12,529 nt of DNA from a virus (lineage: Duplodnaviria; Heunggongvirae; Uroviricota; Caudoviricetes): positions 1 to 12,529 of IMG/VR virus record IMGVR_UViG_2657244940_000007. One strand, given 5' to 3'. Made by a program: the position numbers and the translations under genes. Positions within the stretch are counted from its first letter, which is position 1; each line of letters starts with the position of its first letter. The notes beneath the pieces are model-generated. The model did not search any database. It had not been told where the DNA came from and saw only the letters and a list, made by a program, of their open reading frames with translations. Below are positions 8,296 through 12,529 of this stretch, in pieces.

Positions 8296-8793
8296 TTAAG
8301 CCGGTACGCCGCCAGCGGTACGCCAGACGGTGACCAGTTTTTCCAGTGAATGCTCACGCTGACCGTAACCGGCACCCGGCAGGGACGCCCAGATATTGCG
8401 ACAGCGTGAAATGGCGCGCTCAATACATCCCGCCCGGATGTCATCCAGCGCACCGCGTTCGCGGATCAACTGAATGGCGAGTCTGTCCTGTGACAACGGA
8501 CTGAAATCCGGCAGGGCAAGCTGTTTGCGGTAATGCGGCCAGAACAGGTAAAGCTGCTGATAGCGACCGGAGGCCGTGGATTTTTCACCGCGACGGTTAA
8601 ACACCTTCGCCGGTCGGCCATGCGCGAACGGGTGGTCACTGTAGTCGGTGAAAATTTCCGGCTTCCCGTCCAGTCCGGTGACTATCACGTCATAGCCCCG
8701 GTTTTTCGTCAGCGGATGATTCGCCGTCCCTTCGGACACGGCCAGCATGTCGAGAAAGGCGGCGATATTCTGATGCGTGTTAATTACCGGCAT
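8296..8793 (-). CDS. K: Endolysin (P2 gpK-like lysozyme)
   Basis: 165 aa, same as P2 gpK; MPVINTHQNIAAFLDMLAVSEGTANHPLTKNRGYDVIVTG... Immediately downstream of the holin with overlapping stop/start. Confidence 0.9.
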   Translation of the reverse strand: MPVINTHQNIAAFLDMLAVSEGTANHPLTKNRGYDVIVTGLDGKPEIFTDYSDHPFAHGRPAKVFNRRGEKSTASGRYQQLYLFWPHYRKQLALPDFSPLSQDRLAIQLIRERGALDDIRAGCIERAISRCRNIWASLPGAGYGQREHSLEKLVTVWRTAGGVPA

Positions 8794-9074
8794 TACGGTT
8801 TCCCCCTGCCCTTAAAACGGCGCTGAATGGCAATCTCAATCACCTGATAACCGGCGATACCCAGCATGGAGCCGATGCCGCACACCGCAGGCAGTGACAG
8901 GTCAGGAAACTGCACCAGAACAACACCGGCAACCATCGAGACAAAACCACCGAGCAACATGCGCCCGATAAACAGACGCGGGGTGATGGGTTCACCACCG
9001 GCAAGCACCTTGCCGACAACAATCAGCACCCCAATCATGAAAAGCGACAGGACGCTTTTTTCTTCTGCTGTCAT
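8793..9074 (-). CDS. Y: Holin (P2 gpY-like)
   Basis: 93 aa, same as P2 gpY. Hydrophobic segments with a charged C-terminal tail (…QRRFKGRGKP). Directly precedes the endolysin. Confidence 0.9.
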   Translation of the reverse strand: MTAEEKSVLSLFMIGVLIVVGKVLAGGEPITPRLFIGRMLLGGFVSMVAGVVLVQFPDLSLPAVCGIGSMLGIAGYQVIEIAIQRRFKGRGKP

Positions 9075-9077
9075 GCG

Positions 9078-9281
9078 TTACTCCCACAGATTGACAGTTT
9101 CAGCCACGGGCGCGGTCTGAACGTCGGGCAGTTCGACGGCGGTGCCGTGCGGCAGCACCGCACCCAGTTCAGCCAGTCCCGGATTTGCGGCGAGCACGGT
9201 CTCAACCACGCCCTCAGTGCGCCCGTAATACCGGACACAAATGGCGTCGAGCGTGTCGCCCTGTAGCGCAAAGGTCTTCAT
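9078..9281 (-). CDS. X: Tail protein X (P2 gpX-like)
   Basis: Taken from the internal Met (MKTFALQGDTLDAICVRYYGRTEGVVETVLAANPGLAELGAVLPHGTAVELPDVQTAPVAETVNLWE, 67 aa = P2 gpX), not the 90-aa track ORF, whose 5' extension overlaps the preceding gene. The ATG at 9281..9279 overlaps the upstream TGA as TGATG. Confidence 0.8.
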   Translation of the reverse strand: MKTFALQGDTLDAICVRYYGRTEGVVETVLAANPGLAELGAVLPHGTAVELPDVQTAPVAETVNLWE

Positions 9282-9532
9282 CAGATTTGACTCACGATGC
9301 AGCGCGGCTTGTCCTGGATACGCGCCACCGCCCAGCGCATATCCCGCCACAGCTCATCAATGGTGCTGTCTATGCTGTCGGCCTTTTTGTCGCCTTTCGC
9401 ACTGGCATCCACGCCGCGATAACGCTCATAAAGCGACGCGGTCGCCATCGCACACACGGCGCGCCCGTAGTAAAAAACTTTGATGCTTTCACCGTCGATG
9501 TCGTCCGCCGGGACGTCCGCCAGACGAATAAC
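9281..9532 (-). pseudogene. L: 3'-terminal remnant (~83 codons) of phage capsid-completion gene L, fused in frame to the truncated treF
   Basis: C-terminal part of the 470-aa track ORF (…[81 protein letters not shown]) matches the end of P2 gpL as I recall it. Position immediately upstream of X fits P2 order L-X. No intact L N-terminus and no M, N, O, P or Q genes follow. Confidence 0.7.
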
Positions 9533-10693
9533 ATCGCGACGGGCACTGGCCTTCTGGCGGAACAGTGCTTCTGTCTCTTTCTCGCCTTTCAGCGCCGAGA
9601 TGTTGGCGATGGCGCTCTCCAGTTTAAACAGGAAGGCATTCAGATCGATGGGGATGAACTGGGTGGTACGAATGCTCGCCAGACGACCAGTATCACGCAG
9701 CCAACGGGAAGAGTAATCCCAACCGGAGGCCGCCCCCGCACGTAAATCGCGGTACACCTCGTTAGGCGGGCGACCAGAATGTTTCGCGGTTTCAACGTCC
9801 TCAAGCCAGGATTCGTCACGCGGCGTGTCGCGATCGTCCCAGTAACGGTTGAGCAGCGAGCCGTCCGGCATCCGCACAACATGGCGATAGGCCTGATTAG
9901 GGATCAACGATTCTGCACCGTCCATCCAGAAGGCATATTCCATTTTCAGGTGGTCGAGATAGCGGCGCGCGCCGCGTACACCATCTTCTTCAAACAACTC
10001 CACCATCAGCGCAAAAACCGGTGGTTGCGAGCGGCTCAAATAATAGGTGCGGTTGCCGTTGGGGATGTGGCCGTAGTTTTCGATCATCCAGGCGAAGTTA
10101 TCGGCCATGCATTTCAGCAAATCTTCCCGACCACTTTCCGCCAGCCCCAGCATGGTGAAATAGGAATCCCAATAGTAGGTTTCGCTAAAACGGCCGCCCG
10201 GGACAATATATGACTGCGGCAGCGCCAGCAGAGAAGACCACGGAATGTGATCCTGTGGTTCACGGGTTAGCACCGGCCACAGCTGGTCGATATGCTCTTT
10301 CAGGGAATTTTGCGGGTCCGATACATACTCGCTGGAGTAGACCTCCGGCAGCCAGAAGTGGTTTTCAACAAACTTGCGCAAGTCAAAATCACGATGACGG
10401 CGCACTTTACGGTAGCGGATTAAAATATCCAGCGGGTCCATTTTGGGTGCGCAGTCGGGAAAGGTTTTACTGTCGGGGAAAATTTTCGCCGACTGAACAT
10501 GCTCGAACAGTTCGAGATAGCGATCGGCAGGCGTCAGCGCATCAGAGGCGGGCAGCCCTTCAATCATCTCGGGTTCCGGTTCTGCCTCGATCATCTCATC
10601 CAGTTTTAATTCATACGGGTCCAGCTCATAGCAGAGATCGACCTCGATCATCAGTTCGTCTGGATTAGGGTTTTGAATTTTCTGATTGAGCAT
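9533..10693 (-). pseudogene. treF: Cytoplasmic trehalase gene treF, 5' portion only (codons 1 to ~387 of ~549), truncated by fusion to prophage DNA
   Basis: N-terminus [70 protein letters not shown]... matches E. coli TreF through ...[13 protein letters not shown], then switches to phage-L sequence instead of the expected AVNRYLWDDENG... GGAGG Shine-Dalgarno ~9 nt upstream of ATG 10693. Divergent from yhjA as in K-12. Confidence 0.85.
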
Positions 10694-10976
10694 AAGGATC
10701 CGACCTCCGAAATTCGTCGCTAATTATCGGGCTTTTCTTTAAGGGTAGTCATTCGCTCCGCCTGGTGGGCGACAAAGCGTGCGGTGGATCACGTTTATTA
10801 ACCTGCCAAAAAATATAACGCACTAATATCAATGGAATTTATAAAAATACGGATTTCGTGTTGTTTTTCATTTTCAGAACATTCAATCCTGCTCTCGCCG
10901 CAATCATGATATGCCATTCCTGATCTGGGTAATAGGCACTGGCTATCTTATTGATAGTTTATATTCATGTAATTGA

Positions 10977-10990
10977 TTGATTCCTATCAA
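10977..10990 (+). promoter_or_regulatory. FNR-type binding site (TTGAT-N4-ATCAA) upstream of yhjA
   Basis: Exact TTGATtcctATCAA palindrome at 10977..10990. Its centre is ~41.5 bp upstream of a TSS predicted from the TATGAT hexamer at 11012..11017, the geometry of a class II FNR-activated promoter. FNR/OxyR control of yhjA is from memory. Confidence 0.6.
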
Positions 10991-11011
10991 AAAGCATATC
11001 TCCCTGTTTTT

Positions 11012-11017
11012 TATGAT
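11012..11017 (+). promoter_or_regulatory. Candidate -10 hexamer (TATGAT) of the yhjA promoter
   Basis: TATGAT lies 22 bp downstream of the FNR palindrome and ~80 bp upstream of the yhjA ATG. No convincing -35, as expected for an activator-dependent promoter. Confidence 0.4.
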
Positions 11018-11097
11018 GGCTTTGTCTCGCAGAGACGTTTGCAGCATTCTGGAAAATTTTCTGGGTCACAATAACTCACCACCGTGAGGGAAGAATA

Positions 11098-12495
11098 ATG
11101 AAAATGGTCTCACGTATTACCGCGATCGGCCTGGCTGGCGTCGCGATTTGCTATTTAGGGTTATCTGGTTATGTGTGGTACCACGATAATAAACGCAGTA
11201 AACAGGCCGATGTTCAGGCATCTGCTGTCAGTGAAAATAATAAGGTTTTAGGCTTTCTCCGCGAAAAAGGATGCGATTATTGCCATACGCCTTCGGCAGA
11301 ATTACCTGCCTATTATTATATTCCCGGCGCGAAACAGTTGATGGATTACGACATAAAGCTTGGATATAAATCTTTTAACCTCGAGGCCGTGCGTGCGGCT
11401 CTGCTGGCTAATAAACCCGTTTCGCAAAGCGATCTGAATAAGATTGAATGGGTGATGCAGTATGAAACTATGCCGCCAACGCGTTATACCGCGCTACACT
11501 GGGCGGGTAAGGTGAGTGATGAAGAGCGGGCGGAAATACTGGCCTGGATTGCAAAACAGCGCGCGGAATATTACGCCAGCAATGATACTGCTCCGGAGCA
11601 TCGCAATGAACCGGTGCAGCCCATCCCGCAAAAACTGCCTACCGATGCGCAAAAAGTGGCGTTGGGTTTTGCGCTGTATCACGATCCCCGTTTATCGGCT
11701 GATAGCACCATTTCATGCGCTCATTGCCATGCGTTGAATGCGGGGGGCGTCGATGGCAGAAAAACATCGATTGGTGTTGGTGGCGCAGTTGGGCCGATTA
11801 ACGCGCCGACGGTATTTAACTCAGTATTTAACGTTGAGCAGTTCTGGGATGGTCGTGCGGCAACATTGCAGGATCAGGCTGGTGGACCGCCGTTGAACCC
11901 GATTGAAATGGCGTCGAAATCCTGGGACGAAATTATTGCTAAGCTGGAAAAAGATCCGCAGCTTAAAGCGCAGTTCCTCGAAGTCTATCCGCAAGGTTTC
12001 AGTGGCGAAAATATTACTGATGCCATTGCTGAATTTGAGAAAACATTAATTACGCCGGATTCCCCATTTGATAGATGGTTGCGTGGAGATGAGAATGCTC
12101 TGACGGCGCAACAGAAAAAAGGCTATCAATTATTTAAAGATAATAAATGTGCAACTTGTCATGGTGGTATTATTCTCGGCGGACGTTCCTTTGAACCGTT
12201 GGGGCTGAAAAAAGACTTTAACTTTGGTGAAATTACGGCGGCGGATATTGGTCGTATGAATGTTACTAAAGAAGAGCGTGATAAATTGCGTCAGAAAGTA
12301 CCCGGTTTACGTAACGTTGCTTTAACGGCACCGTACTTCCATCGCGGTGACGTGCCGACGCTGGACGGGGCGGTGAAACTGATGCTGCGCTATCAGGTAG
12401 GCAAAGAGCTGCCGCAGGAGGATGTGGATGATATCGTCGCTTTCCTGCACAGTCTGAACGGGGTTTACACGCCGTATATGCAGGATAAACAATAA
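11098..12495 (+). CDS. yhjA: Triheme cytochrome c peroxidase (YhjA/Ccp), membrane-anchored
   Basis: 465 aa. Three c-type haem motifs: CDYCH (res 59-63), CAHCH (207-211), CATCH (351-355). N-terminal hydrophobic anchor (ITAIGLAGVAICYLGLSGYVW). GAGGGAAG Shine-Dalgarno 6-9 nt upstream of the ATG. Matches E. coli YhjA from memory. Confidence 0.95.
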   Translation: MKMVSRITAIGLAGVAICYLGLSGYVWYHDNKRSKQADVQASAVSENNKVLGFLREKGCDYCHTPSAELPAYYYIPGAKQLMDYDIKLGYKSFNLEAVRAALLANKPVSQSDLNKIEWVMQYETMPPTRYTALHWAGKVSDEERAEILAWIAKQRAEYYASNDTAPEHRNEPVQPIPQKLPTDAQKVALGFALYHDPRLSADSTISCAHCHALNAGGVDGRKTSIGVGGAVGPINAPTVFNSVFNVEQFWDGRAATLQDQAGGPPLNPIEMASKSWDEIIAKLEKDPQLKAQFLEVYPQGFSGENITDAIAEFEKTLITPDSPFDRWLRGDENALTAQQKKGYQLFKDNKCATCHGGIILGGRSFEPLGLKKDFNFGEITAADIGRMNVTKEERDKLRQKVPGLRNVALTAPYFHRGDVPTLDGAVKLMLRYQVGKELPQEDVDDIVAFLHSLNGVYTPYMQDKQ

Positions 12496-12506
12496 TTAAT
12501 TTGATC

Positions 12507-12528
12507 GCCCGAACAGGAGTGTTTGGGC
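12507..12528 (+). terminator. Possible intrinsic terminator hairpin after yhjA (stem only; the U-tract would lie beyond the window)
   Basis: GCCCGAACA / GGAG loop / TGTTTGGGC: 9-bp stem including one G-U pair, starting 12 nt after the yhjA stop codon. Confidence 0.35.
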
Positions 12529-12529
12529 G

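Noticed and set aside
7723-10668. Plus-strand ORFs antisense to the lysis genes and the treF fragment (for example 7862..8263, 8533..8826, 9185..9745, 9779..10213, 10210..10668), plus minus-strand ORFs 8115..8453 and 8840..9022 in alternative frames
   Set aside because: Same reasoning: they overlap well-supported genes, lack ribosome-binding sites, and have the biased composition typical of off-frame translation of GC-rich coding DNA.
11494-11737. Two short ORFs (11494..11682 minus, 11516..11737 plus) inside yhjA
   Set aside because: Fully internal to the yhjA coding sequence, which is supported by three CxxCH haem motifs and full-length similarity; they are alternative-frame artefacts.
1-12529. 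Looked for CRISPR arrays, tRNA or tmRNA genes (common P2-family integration targets), rRNA, IS-element terminal inverted repeats and attL/attR core repeats
   Set aside because: No regularly spaced direct repeats, no cloverleaf-like GC-rich ~75-nt segment and no transposase ORF were seen. Attachment sites cannot be identified because the integrase-proximal end is deleted and the other end lies outside the window.

Overview
The window spans the junction between an E. coli-type chromosomal locus and a truncated P2-like prophage. On the right (10694..12529) is the divergent treF / yhjA(ccp) pair: an intact triheme cytochrome c peroxidase gene with a perfect FNR box upstream. The treF gene is cut after codon ~387 and fused in frame to the last ~83 codons of phage capsid-completion gene L. 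From there leftward on the minus strand runs a contiguous P2 late block: X, holin Y, endolysin K, lysA, lysB with embedded lysC, R, S, V, W, J (frameshifted), I, a 919-aa mosaic tail fibre H, and tail-fibre assembly G. No head, terminase, replication or integrase genes are present, so this is a defective remnant carrying only lysis and tail functions. At the left edge (1..640) an AT-rich segment sits where P2-like phages carry their Z/fun accessory hotspot; it holds the 5' end of an unrecognised membrane-anchored ORF that runs out of the window. That ORF is the best candidate for an undescribed system here, but only its first 139 codons are visible. All homology calls are from memory of P2 and E. 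coli K-12 proteins; no searches were run.
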